A stretch of DNA of 63,958 nt, filler included, from Choristocarpus tenellus KU-1152 (GCA_964200185.2; 12 parts of 12 records of this genome joined end to end with filler, not necessarily neighbours in it), one strand, 5' to 3'; positions 26,780 to 40,336 are shown, counted from the first letter of the whole stretch. A program made the numbers and translations. The notes: a model not told the origin generated them from the sequence alone.

Positions 26780-27590
26780 CCGAAACCGCCCCAATAAGAA
26801 CATCCTGAAAAGGTGTGCATCGCGTATGTGGTCAATCGTAAGCCACATCAAAAAGGTTGTGAAAACGTACCATGAAGCATGTAGGACTAAGTGAAGTAGG
26901 GTAGTTTATCGAACGGTAGAGTGTGTGTTTTGATCTATTTTTTTTTGGAAAACAGTTGACAAATGCGTGGTGAGTGTCACACCCCAGACAATATTGGCAT
27001 ATGCATGTACTACAATTGACGTGTTCTTTCAAATGGTAAACTATTGTGTAGGATGGGTTTTATGGTGGAAGGGATACTGCACGTTTCATGTGATGTCGGT
27101 CAATACATATCCCCACATTCATATACCATTGTATGAGCCTCTTTCTCTATAGGGGATATGAGATTGTCATTGAGTTTTGTGGAAAGTCGAGGACGATGGT
27201 TTGGAGGCGTGTGGCTTCAAAGAGGTTGGTATATGGACCGCCGCAACTTTCGCCACACTTTGTCGTAGGACAAAGTACGGCAAAATGACATGATGCGTGT
27301 GGCTTCAAATAAGTTGGTATGTGGACGGCCGCACCTTTTACCATACGTTGTCGTATGTCAAAGCATGGCAAAAAGACATTAGGAGTGTGGCTTAAAATAA
27401 GTTGGTATATAGACCGCCACACCTTTTGTCATTCTTTGTCGTACGGTAAAAGTATGGCAAAAATGACATGAGGCGAGCAGATGAAGGAAGAGCGAAACAT
27501 GACTTGGCATAATTTCATTATTATGTAAGGGTGAACGACAGTGTTAGGGTTGGGGCACAGGTAGATCAGATTGGAGTACAGTTGATGGCA
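26780..27590 (-). repeat. Dispersed repeat (second copy ~59350-60000, +) containing an 88-bp tandem repeat x3 (27209-27475)
   Basis: Reverse-complement match, e.g. GATGAAGGAAGAGCGAAACATG; GTGGCTT at 27211, 27299, 27387. Confidence 0.8.
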
Positions 27591-27749
27591 TTTTCATTTC
27601 GAAAGGAGACTCGGAACCAAATTCACTCACTGGCAATTTCCCAGACTAATCCTTTAGGAGATGAAACGGTACAGAGGGGAATTATAGCAGAACGGATCTT
27701 TGATGATCTTATCGAAGAATTGTTCAATCGTAGCGACCAACAACAATCA

Positions 27750-28493
27750 GGAATGTGAGTATATGAATAGCGAGAAAGAGTCACCTAAGCAACATCTTTA
27801 CCATGGAGTTCAGAGGCATTCATTTACGATCGGAGGTGTACGGTGCCCCTCCCTTGAGCCACAGATGCCATCATGCCAGTCCCTTCCTCCAAGTTAGGAG
27901 TTGGTGAAAGCGTTCCAAAACCATCCAAGGAGACGACAAAACCAAGCAGAAGAAAACTCAGGCCATAGTAGGAAGCTACCAAGAATCCTAAGTGCTGGGG
28001 TGAATACTAAGTATTCTCTCCAGTTTGAAGCGACAAGGTAGGACCTCCATGTTACAACACGCCCCAGAAGCTTTTACCACCATGGGATGTATCTCCAATC
28101 CACAGGTCTACAGATGACGCTGATGCTTGTACAAGCCTCCCAGGATACTCCGACAGTCAAACGCCCCAACGAATGTCAGGTCAGCAGATAAAATATACTC
28201 TTCTTAATCAATAACCGTGTATCAGAATGATATCAAAGTCAAGAAAGGTGAAAAGATGGGGCATTGTTCATGCATCACTCTTTTGTTTCTTATATTATCG
28301 TCTACCGATTATTTGTTCTGGTTTATAGACGTTGGAATACATCTGAAAACCATTGCATACATTTCCGAGTTAAAAATCTTACTCTGCAACTATTAGCAAA
28401 TCCGATTTCCTCTTTATTAGGTTCCTCGCGCGTGTATACTGCTCAGGCTTGTTGCAGCGCTGGAAGAAATACTCGTGCTATTCGCCTGTAACA
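27750..28493 (+). mobile_element. 3' internal region plus LTR of the same LTR family
   Basis: Aligns by eye with 54150-55082 (shared GGAAGCTACxAAGAATCCTAAGTG and GACCTCCATGTTACA); ends TATTCGCCTGTAACA. Confidence 0.65.
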
Positions 28494-29837
28494 CGTACCG
28501 TACAAACTGAATAATTCCTCCACTTACAAACCCACCACATCTATGGAGCTAGAGATGTTTTTCTTTGCTTACGAATTCTGGATTAGTTAGTTAGCCTTAT
28601 CTTAGCCTTCCACCCACTCTACTTGTCCTCAATCAATGACACACCGCTTCTTCCTTCCCTCCGCACACTACTATCCTTGGAACCCTAAACCCTATATGGC
28701 CATTTTCCGCACATCCAATGTGTTCGGTTTTCCTTTATCCACTCACCCACCAATACGTTCAATTTTCGCACATCCAACGTGGCTACTTTCCTCACATCCC
28801 ATGTACTCACCAATCCAACCAATTTCTGCGAATCCACTCAACCTTCCTCCACCACACTCCACATTCATCCAAGAACATCCCCTAATCATCCACACCCATA
28901 CTGTGCCTTTGAGCCAATAGATTTCTATGTTGAAACCCGATTTCGTATGAGTTGTTTGTTGTTATTATGAGTCTGGTTTGTGACGAAGGAGATGGTAGCG
29001 CAACAAAGCTCTGATGAATTTGTTCGGGTAGGTCTGATGACATTTTTTATTCAGTCAGACAAGTGTTCGATGTGAAGGTATGTTTGGATGTGCTGTGATT
29101 AACACGATTAGAGGCAAGTGTGTCCCATAGTGCAACAAGGCACATGCGGGTTCGGTGTGATGTGTCTGAAGGGATGTCTTACTCAATCAGACTTTGATTG
29201 AAGTGAGATGGGTACTGGTATGTCTGTGGCATATATTGCTCAAGCAGACGGTGATTGATAGAAAATGTGTGGTAATTCATTGACACATTCAGATGAAGAA
29301 TTCATCCTCTGAAGGAGGTTTGTCACCTTGGCAGAGAAGGTCTTCGAAGAATGGTTATAACTCTGTATATATTGCATCCTGGTGTGTGTCTTATACGTGT
29401 TGCAGAGGGATGGCACGTCTTATTAAGGGGCTGTCAGTGAAATAAAAAATAAGAATCAACACATCCTATGCAACTGATAATTTGTATAAAAAAGAAGCAA
29501 CACAGGAAGAAAGAAGAAGCCAAGCTTGGATCCATATCTAACGTAACTACTGTCATATATCTTTTGAGTGAGTTATGATGATGGAGCTAATGATGTAATG
29601 ATGTAGATGGGAATAACGACCATTGCAATGGACAAATCAACGTTCAGTATGGACTGACAATGCTGTATCGTATCAAAGAAAATCGAATGAGTAGCCTATG
29701 TTTTAACATCCTAACCCACCTGAACTTCTCCCCCCCCCCTCCAACATCCCTCTCATTTGTGAGAAATTAAGAGGGTCGGGTGGGAAAGGTTGCTCAACGG
29801 TTGTCTTGGTCCCACTCCTTCTTGTACCCCGCCTTCA

Positions 29838-29928
29838 GAGACAAAGTATCTTAGAGGGTAGCGCCGCGTCCATTTAGGGATCAAATCGAATGTTGCGATA
29901 TTGATGTAATTTTGGCTGTCATGTTTGT
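29838..29928 (+). mobile_element. MITE A, truncated by contig end
   Basis: Left TIR and the first 90 bp of the consensus. Confidence 0.85.
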
Positions 29929-30567
29929 NNNNNNNNNNNNNNNNNNNNNNNNNNNNNNNNNNNNNNNNNNNNTTAATTAATTAANNNNNNNNNNNNNNNN
30001 NNNNNNNNNNNNNNNNNNNNNNNNNNNNAAGACATACTAACACATACACACACTAACAGGAACTAACAGGCACTTGACCCTTTAAACCTTCCCAAACCCC
30101 CCACACCCAGATACTTTGGCTCGCAAAGAACATGGGAACACATAGGGCAGCATATACTTCGGCAAGAATCAAAGGTCGGTCAGGTTCCATTTGGAATGCT
30201 TGCTCTGGTGGTCACGTAGGGTGAGATGTGACACTTTTGATTGGTAGAATATAATGATGGGCTGAAAGATTTTCTCTATTTTATCACACCTGGCTTGTTA
30301 TCTTTCCAATTTGGAGCAATTAAACTGTGTTACTCTATGAATTCAAATGATGACAGTATCTTTCTCTTCGCAGTAAAGGCTGATGTGAGCATCAAAAGGC
30401 TTAATCGTAATGGATTATACGATCTTCTTGTGGATTTGTGTGTCACAGTAGTGTGAAAGGAGCAGCAAGAACTCCCTGGATAGGTAGTATCTTCTCGCCC
30501 GTACCCTCTCAAGAAGAACATGAACAATTTGATATTGGGGTGAAGAGAGCCAAGTAAATGACAGTAT

Positions 30568-30911
30568 TGTTACAGGCGATATGTCTTGATGGCGGTTTCA
30601 TGAACATCATTATAACCTTGAAGTCCTAGATTTGATATATTTGTACTTCTTGACTAGTTATTATCTAGTTATTATCATGTCTTTAGGTGGTACATTGTTG
30701 CAAGTTCCTTTTATTATGATATTTATACTTATTATGAAGGGAATAGTCAAAGTGAGAGATCCAGCATACTTGATGACTTGTGCATCAGGAGTCCTGTACG
30801 TGCATCAACGCCATCTGTAGGCTTGTGGATTGGAGCTATACATCCTGTGGAGGTAAGCTTTTGGAGAGTGCTGAAAATTGGAGATCCTACTGAGACTTCC
30901 TCGCCGTAACA
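30568..30911 (-). mobile_element. Solo LTR (344 bp)
   Basis: TGTTAC...GTAACA termini with a 4-bp TSD GTAT on both sides; homologous to 28050-28493 and 54587-55082. Confidence 0.8.
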
Positions 30912-31834
30912 GTATTACATCACCCTGCACCAAACTTCCCTTGCAGTGTGTGCTATCTGCCTCACTTGTGGGCAGTCAGTGTTCCTATGTGGAAGTCCCT
31001 TGTGTATAGCAGTCAGTCATGTGTGGATGGTTCATGGTGGGCCCAACAGTAGTGATAAGGGTAGAGTCACTCTTTCACAATACGTATGAGTCGTCTCAGG
31101 AAGAAAAAAAAGCACTGGTAATAGGACAGGAGTGAGAAGCTGGGGGGAGTATACAACAACAGGAGGACGTCCCGCCTATAGGTGGGTAGAGTCCGAGGAC
31201 TGGAGGTGATACGACCAGTGTTCCCAAAGTATTCTAATAGTTGTACAGATCTATGCAGTATTGTGTATAGTACATTGAGTAAGCCAACATCTACCGTCCT
31301 ACAGCGGTAGACAGATAACATTATTAGAGGAAGTACATAGGGCAGGAAATTGATTGTCACAAGGACTTTTGGTTGAATTATGAAAGAAGGAAGAAACGTC
31401 ACCAAATGATTCGTAATAATGTACACTTTTATCCCACTATAATATTGTTCGTCCTTTTAAAAATGAGAGTAATGTAAAACTAGACAACCATCAACAAACA
31501 CAGGAAGAAGGAATCTCTAATATTCAGTGAGAAGATCCATTTTCCAAAATCTGCACAGATTTTTTTGCCCTCTACGCAGCTTCTGGAAGGCGACAGGGTT
31601 ACACGTTATAAAATTTGGATTTCTCCAACACATTTATGATATGTGTCGTCCATCCAGCATGAATAAAATAAACTTGAGATTGAGGTTTGTAGTGTCCTGT
31701 TTATCATGAAGTAGGGTCCCAAAAAATTACAAAATTCGAAAACGAAATACACTGGTGCTTCTCCAACAACAGTCCCAATTTGTAGTTTGTAGTCGAATTA
31801 GAGGTCTCCACTGCTGATCTAGGAGGTCTCTACG

Positions 31835-34800
31835 ATGTGGCAAAGGTGGAAGCAAAAACGCACAAGTCCTCGGCCGACAAAGGTCTCATTCCTGTTCATC
31901 GTCATGGCGATCTTCTTCCTCGTCATCGGCACGATCGGATATCAACGCCTACGCCTCTCACGATACGAGAGGCACCTACAACCCAAAAAGTCACAGAGTG
32001 ACTCGGATATTGGCGCAGGGAGGAACGGTGAAGTATATGCTCTTGAAAGAGGAAAGGTTCGTGATAGAGAGGGACAAACATCGGTGACACCTACCCATAC
32101 TGATGGCCGACAAGCTTCCACAAAGTTGAGGGGTATAGCCTGGGCTAAGCAGCAGCAGAGGGACAAAGAACTAGTAGATCCAATCAAGGTGAGGGGCCGA
32201 GTTTGGGGATATGTGCCAATTTGATATTTATGGTTGCCTTGACAATCCCGAAGTGGAATAGAATGGGAATAGCTTCGCACAATGGACCTGGGACAGAGTA
32301 CTCTGCTATAGCGTGTATGACTACTGTGTTGTTGCCAACCCCGAGATGTAATGACTAAGTTTGTGCTACACCGAAATATGACTCAGCTGCTACTAATTCT
32401 GTCACTGGACTGTAGTAAGACAATTTCCAAAGCTTTTCTTTACCTGGCGTGCCTATCTGTGTGCACATCTGTCAAGCTCCAGCAGGGGGGGTCTTGATCG
32501 GTGTTCAAGTGGGATCATCATGACCCACTACTATAGTACCACAGAATAACAACTCTTACAGTACTTAAGTGATAAATACCTAAGGGGCATTCTCTAGCCA
32601 AGTGAGGCTCTTTTTGAACCGCTTCATTCCCCTATGGAGTCGTCCCTTACATCTCTAGTTTTCATGAGAAGCCCTAAACTACGGCAGAGGACAACCAACC
32701 TACAACACACGATCGGGTGGTGTTATCATGGTATTGTTTGTTTTTCAAGGCTGGGGACGCGATAGTGGCACCATCCAATTCCTCAGTATTCAGCAGAGGA
32801 CCATCTGGTGCTGGGGCTATCTTAGGACACAATGGAATCTTAGGACACAATGGATGCAGAGATGCAGAGATGCAGAGAGTCATCGTCCTACTCAGAGTGG
32901 GCAATATTGTGTACTCATGCAGTTGTGTTGTCAATTATGAACAGTTGGGTGATGTCACATCTCTGCACTTCAATCTGCAACAGAGCTTACCTGCACCCAC
33001 AAATGACCCCCTATTTATTGATACTTATAAGAAAAGCTTACTGTTGAAGCACCTGTTAGTAGCACACAATTCTTCCTGCTCATATTTTCCCTCTTGTACC
33101 TCATCAAGGCATCTACTGTGTCTTGGGTGTACAAACACTGGATGCGGATCTCCCGATTACCCGCAGGTCCACGGTTTGCTGAAGTACTACAATAGTTTTA
33201 CCTCCTATGTGATTGAATCACGGCAAAGTGAATCCCTTACGCCGCTGCCATTGGTGCGGCCCTTTGGAGAACATCAGATGGTGACAATTCCCCTTCTCAT
33301 CATTATTGGAGCCCAGGCAAGAATATCACAGGCTACCAATATATATTTCGTTGCCGATCCACTAGACAACAGGTTCGCTCTAGGTACTTCAAATGCTGAT
33401 TAGTGCATTTCATCCATTGAGCAAAATCATTTGAGATATAGGCAGGTTTGGAAAATTTTGCATTCTAAACCAGCCTTTCTTACCTGTGCAATACATACTA
33501 TTTCATTGTGTTATGTGCACAATTTTGTGTACGCAGAATTGATATACCCCGTTTCCACACACAAAGTGATACCGCAACAAAGCAAAGGCTCATTCTGCAA
33601 TTATACAAAATGGTATTGTGCTCACCATTTGGTAACACATGTTGCTCCATTCCAATGCATTTAATGTATCTCATATTATTTCATTTGCACATCATGCAAG
33701 AAATATCATCAATTCAGGCTACTGCTTGATGAAAAGGATTGTCAACATTTTTTCATGGCAAGAATGGTTCTACCCCCAGTTAATTATGAACCACTTTCTA
33801 CTCACCCCTTCTAACCATTTCTTCACCTTAACCTTACCCTGCGTGACAAAGGGGAAGGAAAATAACCAATATTCCACGCCCTATACCTTGTAGAGTAGCC
33901 AATTAGTTGTTCTAATTGACAAGAACAGCAAAGTCTTTGGACGTGAGCATGCACATACATGTATTCTGGAGTGCCACAGAAGTCATAAACCAAGAATAAA
34001 CCAAGTGAGGATATAACTAAAATGGGGTACAAAGAATATCATTGAGATGGAGCAAGATAACCTTATTCTCAAAGAAGCAAGTAATCTCCATTGATCAAAT
34101 ATGTTCTACACAGTATAATGTACACACTTTCCGCACAGAGTCCAATCTGATGCCTTGATCCCACAATCCTCCCTCCACCCTCAACTGTACCCAAACCCTG
34201 AGAGCACCCAAGAACAAACAAGAGGCCTCTCTGTACATCAGACCACTGCTATTTTTTTATGTGCTCTCATTAGCTACAGAATATGAGCATTATCTGAATG
34301 ATTTAATGGAGCAACCAAATACCATCTTGGAATTTGATACATGTTTTTCTGTGCAATGTAGTAGTCCTATGCATAGATGGCAGGCCGTGTTGAAGAGGAG
34401 TGATGAAGATTCTTGCCTCTCTTATCACGGCACCTTAGGAATAGTTACCCGCTTGTATCCCTCCTCCCTCCTCTTTTCAATACCAATCCCGTTTTTACTC
34501 CACCACTATGTATGAGAGATTGAACACATTAAAGAAGGGGGGGGTTATTTCAATCATTTTGAGTCAGTGGAACATTGTCCAACATTCTCCATCATTTATC
34601 ACCATGCATGTGTGATAATTGAAACCTTCAAAGAGGGTGGGTTGATTTCGGTCATTTTGAGAGAGTGGAATATTGTGTAACATACTCCATACCCATACAT
34701 GAAATGCTGTCAACCCTCCTAGGAGGCTGTAGCTGTAGAAGAAAAGATTAGCTGTGAATACCTTGTTAGCCGAAAGCTCCCTCTATAGTGCTCAAAACGT

Positions 34801-35005
34801 GGAACCAGAAGGCATTCATAAGGACAATTAAACTCAATGACACTCCCCTCTTAGGTGGTCTCACTCTGTCCGTTTCTTCATTCTCTTTCTCATCATGTCA
34901 TGTACAGAAAGGAGGTACTACAAGCTTGCGTACAAACCTGCTGAAGCATCCTCTTGTCTCTGGGATGCCAAGGGAGGTTCATTTCTTTGACATGAACCCA
35001 GACAT
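31835..35005 (+). CDS. Type II membrane (Golgi-type) sulfotransferase, 5' part; exons 31835-32188, 33167-33316, 34908-35005 (possible further exon 35585-35630)
   Basis: N-terminal TM helix VSFLFIVMAIFFLVIGTIGY. Splicing reconstitutes the 5'-PSB motif IIIGAQ|KGGTTSLRTNLLKHP...REVHFFD typical of heparan-sulfate-sulfotransferase-like proteins. The second intron is GC-AG. Confidence 0.85.
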
Positions 35006-35260
35006 GTGAGGGAGTCATTGGACACATACGACTAGAAAGTAGTCGGTTCTGTGCAATACCTATCATAAGACTACGTGGTGCTTAGGGAGACATATCTTAC
35101 TTCCGAAGTAAAATGATAACTCTTGCCTGCTGATGCAAAGCAAAAAAAGACCAAGTGACGATATGTACTACTGTGCCTATATGGTATTGATATTATTATG
35201 GTTGAGGGAGGGTAGGGTAATGTTGAAGAGAGGAAGCAAATCCACACTGCTGTTGACTCG

Positions 35261-35993
35261 GAGTCAAAATTAGCAAGAGGTACCCAGGTTGCATTTTAAG
35301 AATCCTGACAAATATATCCAAATTTCAGCATTTTGTACATATGAGTGTGAGGAATTTTCTGTGTTTTGTCCTAAATTTTAAAACAATTGAGAAATTGATG
35401 CTCTCGAATCAATCTTTGTACTTTATCTATAGAAAAATATGGTGAATTCAGAAGATAATAATAGCCAATACCTGGGTAACTCTCATTTATTTTGGCTCTA
35501 ACCTTGAGACATCTCATTGGCAAGAAGGAATACCATTGTGTTGCCCTTGGGTTATTATTATTATTGTGACACATTTTCAATCAGGCGCTATTTTAGTAGG
35601 CCCAGCAGTTACTCGCAGAAAGTGGAGAATGTGTGCATGCAGAGTAGATAATGTGGTAGACCGATGTTTTCACAGTCCACCCTTGTGCTCAGAAGTCTTT
35701 TATCATTCTTGTGTACGCTATTGCTATTGATCCAAGTAAACAATAGGTGCCCAGAGTTGTATTATAAGGATGTTGACAAGTCTTACATGTAAAATTTGAC
35801 TATTTTTGCAAATACGTCTTGGAAATTTTCTGAATCGTGTCAAAAAGGTTCAATCAACAATAGAAAAACCAACGCTCTCAAGTCAAGGTTACCGCTTCAT
35901 CTGTAGAGATATTGGTGAATTACAGAAGATTGAAAAAACTTGCTTTAACTGCTAAATCGTCAAAATCTGGGTACCTCTCATTTACTTTGGCTC
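35261..35993 (+). mobile_element. Two diverged MITE family E copies (35261-35498, 35729-35993)
   Basis: TIR-like GAGCCAAAGTAAATGAGAGGTACCCAG; shared internal TGGTGAATT(A)CAGAAGAT. Confidence 0.55.
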
Positions 35994-36120
35994 ATTTATA
36001 TTGTATTTGTGACTGCTTGGCTATAAGAATTACAACTTCTTGCAAAGATTAGAGAATTAGAACTCAGGAAAAAACAAGAACTATGTAATGGTAAATTGGG
36101 CACAATTTTCTGAGGTTGAT

Positions 36121-36377
36121 GACCCAAGGCACTTAAGAGGGTAGGACCGCGTCCGTTCAGGATCCTAAATCCAATGTTGCGATTTTGATGAATCATGACT
36201 ATCGTTTTTGTTGGCAAGTGTAAGTATCCTTGCTCTGGGCACAACTTTCATAGTCATTTACTTTTTAGGTAGCTGTGTTCACACAGAAAACCGAAAAGGG
36301 GCAAAAAAACTCGTGGGAAGCCAAGCCCCAAACGGACAAACAGGTCAAAAATCCTACCCTCTTAAATGCTTTGACTC
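36121..36377 (+). mobile_element. MITE subfamily A2
   Basis: A-like ends; flanks TGAT/TGAA. Confidence 0.75.
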
Positions 36378-38563
36378 TGAATCATGCATCTAAAATGCCC
36401 TGAGTAAAGATTGAGGGCGTCGCCTCAGGCCTTCTGTTCTGTTCTCATCTGATATTCCTTTGGTGAGTTGATTGGATGAACAAATGAGCACATATTGGGT
36501 GTGTGCCCTTATGGTTACAATGTTTTGGTATTTAATTCCAGTTGGTCGCTCACCAAATGGAAAAAATTTGCAGGGTGGAGCTTACAAAAGCAATATGTCA
36601 CCGTTAACCCCCTAATGCACACCACTTGTACCACTATGTCAGAGCATATTGATACTGTTTTGCTGTTGTCACAGTCAGGCTAAACACTCGGTTCTGCTAT
36701 TGTAAACGTTTCTTTTTTCCTGCACCAATACATACATTGCTCTGGTGCTGTAACATGATGTAGGTGTTAGTCACCCCATTTGAGGCTTTCCTTTCTTTGT
36801 TAGGTTCTTTTTTAGCACTACGTTGTCAACGGAAATTGCTATAAAACATGTCTTCTTTTTGGGAGTGGCTGAACCCCTTGCGGGGCACACCCAAAGACCA
36901 GAGTAGGTGTTTGTGAGAAGCGATCAAGATACAATCGGGGTGACCTTCCCACACTAGAGAGAGGGAGTCAGTGATGGTGTCACCAGGGTCTATCCCACAT
37001 AACCTTATTCTTGCTGCTTCTGGTGGGTGAGTGACACCTGTTCTATGTGACTCTTGAGCATTTTGTAACCAACGGCTGAGCCTTCTTCTGGTTGTTCCCT
37101 GTGACTCTTCTAAGCACGTGCGTTTTGGTATCCCACACGTTGGCATGGCATGCACCAAACACCCCCTTGTCGGTTGTGTGCACAGTTGCTCAGGTAAGTG
37201 TATGAGACTGAGAGTCAGTTCTGGAAACACATGAGGCGTGTGAGATTTGATCAGACCTGCAATACCAAGAGTTGGTGCCAGTGATCAGATAGAGCTAGTT
37301 CGAGCCAGTGATACATGTAGCCAAGGGCCCATGTTGTTCGTGTTGTGTGTGGTTGGCATGAGCATATGCACAAGATGGAGTGGTAGTACTGGTAGAGTCC
37401 AGGACAACAGGAAGACAAGCAGACAACATCAAAATTGCACGGCATTGGAAATTAGGCGGTATGTTTGTAAGTGGAGTCAGGAGTCCTTGATCAGGGCTGC
37501 TTTTGAAACTGAAGAGATTGATGCCCACATTAATAGTGATGGAAGAAGCTTGATGGCACGATCATGTACTTGAAAGTAAAAAAATATATTGGGAAGGGTT
37601 AGAAAATTGCATGGCAAATACTGAGCATATTCTATTGGTATAGTGCATTGTAGAGCCATTTCAATGGTGTGACAACCTTTTCACGTGTGTCTCCTGCTAC
37701 CTACATGTATAATTTTATTATTCTGGTATATACTAATAATAGCATATATATTACTGGGATGGCTGGTACATTGCAGCACAACAACTATACCCCTTCATTA
37801 AGAATAGCCATAAGCTCTAGCTCTAAGCTTATTGTTGTCCCGATATCAATATCCTAGCTCTATGCCTGTCTTGGCCCTATCAATATCCTGAATGCTGATA
37901 AAACTTGCTTTGAGGTTTTGAAATCTATCTGTTGCTATTCTCGGTGAGATTGACCCACTCTATATAGAGCCCCTACCTTCCTTATCTCCCACCACTCAAA
38001 AAAAGGGTTAATTTACAAAGTCTGTGTATTCTGCGGATTTGTGGCACGTGAAATGTTGTGCCTATTCATATCCTGCAGTCCCTACATAGTCATCCACCAT
38101 GGTGCTCGTGGAGCATGAGGTATACCCAACTTAGGACTAGAGTTTGAAGGGATAAGCTTTGTAGCTGGTGCTAAATTCGGGATGTTTGTAGCGTGTGGAA
38201 GGGCAGGGTGTGACATTCGCACTAATATCTATAGTGTAAATGAATACAGTCTGTGAGTATTGTCAAAATGAAAAACAACATTTAGCAGTATGATGACAAT
38301 TTGCTTGAGAGGTGTGGGAATATGGTTCAAAATTTTACATTAGCACCAACAGGATAACTTGTATGTTGCTATAAGGCAACCAATCAATTGGTCAGATGAA
38401 TGTTGCACTGCAGTGTTCCCTGCCAGCCCCTTTCAATATTCATCAAGCAATTATAAAAAAAATATGTTCGCATCACAAGCAAAAGCAAAATCCGTACAAC
38501 ATGCCAAGAGGTAACTGTGTTTCCAGGAAGGTGCGTAATTAGTGTGACTATATCAAGAATAAA

Positions 38564-39032
38564 GAGTGAAAGTATGTTAGGGTTAGGGTACGAATTTTTC
38601 CCTGTTTGTCCATTTGGGGCTTGGCTTCCCACCAGTTTTTTAATGACATTTCCCTATTCCGAAATGTTTCAGAATAGGTAAAATGTATACGTTTTTGGAG
38701 TAAGTTTCATGTATAAAACTATGAAAAGGTGTGTCCGGAACAGATCCAAAGTATCTGGGGGGGGGGGAGTCTACATCAGGGTTTCCATTTGGGCCAAAAT
38801 CAGGAAAAGGGCATTTACGTTGTCCATCCAACGTATGCAACCAAATCACCCAAAAATCGCGACATGAAAAATTTGCCACCAAATGGACAGCCGCCATCCC
38901 CCCCAGATACTTTGAGCCAACAAGGATATTGACACTCCCAACAAACACAATAGACAAAATTACATTGAATTCACAACATTGGATTTAGGCCCCCAAACGG
39001 ATGCGGCTCTACCCTCTAAGATACTTTGTCTA
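38564..39032 (-). mobile_element. MITE A containing a nested MITE B (38743-38918)
   Basis: The B copy is flanked by an AACA duplication within the host consensus CCGGAACAAGG. Confidence 0.9.
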
Positions 39033-39452
39033 AAATGTTGAGAGGATACCCTGAAATTGTGACTGATTCTGACCCAAAGTATGTGGGGGGGGGGAGGGGG
39101 GGGGGGGTCTACACCAGGGTGTCCGTTTGGGTCATAACCAGGNNNNNNNNNNNNNNNNNNNNNNNNNNNNNNNNNNNNNNNNNNNNTTAATTAATTAANN
39201 NNNNNNNNNNNNNNNNNNNNNNNNNNNNNNNNNNNNNNNNNNCATAAATAATTTACCGTAACTGTCCGATAGAGTTGGAAGAGTCTAATCGAACATCACA
39301 CACTGCTCATACGTCATACCTTGGATAGATTACTGGATCGCACAACAACAGGGTCAACAAAGAAAGAGTGAGTTGTGCACATTATCTCGAATTTTCTATA
39401 CATACACAACAAATGATTTAAGACACAACTGCGATCAGTTACACTACTCAGT

Positions 39453-40297
39453 ACTGGAATAAGAGCTGAAAAAAAAGCGCACCATTAGAGAGTTGAGGTC
39501 ATGGCACACGAGTACATTGTGATGTTGGTAGCACCCCGAGCTTCTTGTGTGTCATACTCAAACCGCACATCCTCTGATATGTACTAAGCTTTTACTTGCG
39601 AGTAGGAATAAATGTGGGATCGCAGGTATCATATTGTGTCAGAAACTTCGACTTCATTTGGTTGCCTCTTCATCGAAACTAGTCGTAGATGTTCACGTGA
39701 TAGTGGTCGTGGACTGAGAGGACAGACATTGAAAGGGAGACAATATGCAGCAGTTGAGTTGGTGGGGAAGGATATTTAGGTGTTTGATGAGGAGGTGGAT
39801 TGTACGACAACAATGGCAAAAAGAGTGAGTTGTGCACGTCACCTCTTCATCAATCGCCAAAACATATTTCCCAATCGACATACCTGCTGTACAATATCTC
39901 CATTTTTCCTTCCTGCCTTCTCAATCTACTTCTTTTATGTCCCTGTTGTGGTACAATCCATCCCCTCATCAATTTCATAAATATATTTCTCGACCGATCT
40001 AACCGCTGTCTCCCTTTCAATTCCCTCCTGTGCTCTCAGTCTACGACCACTATATATATACTTGAACATCGACGACTGCATGCATGAAGAGAAAACCAAG
40101 GGAAGTAGAGGTTTCTGACACGATATGATGCCTGCGATCCCGCGTTTATTTGAACCTGCAAGCAACAACTAAGTACATGTCAAGAGATGTGCGGTCAGAG
40201 TATGACACACAAGTAGCTCAGAGTGCCACCACGATGTATTCGTCTGCAATGACCTCAACTCTCACATGGTTCACTTTTTTTCAGCTCTAATTCCAGT
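39453..40297. repeat. Long imperfect inverted repeat (arms ~39453-39825 and ~39928-40297)
   Basis: Collinear complementary blocks: GAGAGTTGAGGTCAT, TTGTGTGTCATACTC, GGGATCGCAGG, GTGTCAGAAAC, TTGAAAGGGAGACA, GGATTGTAC. Confidence 0.85.
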
Positions 40298-40336
40298 CGT
40301 GTAAATGATCATGATCACGTCTTCAAAATCTGTTTT

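Noticed and set aside
28850-28870. 18-mer ACACTCCACATTCATCCA shared with ~52418
   Set aside because: I could not extend the match; too little to call a repeat family.
32717-33403. 228-aa ORF as a standalone gene
   Set aside because: Only 33167-33316 is supported, as a sulfotransferase exon; the rest is intron with small tandem duplications.
38640-38988. Recurrent short ORFs such as GSQAPNGQTG, PKWTRLYPLRYF and SKYLGGGG
   Set aside because: Chance translations of MITE A/B sequence.
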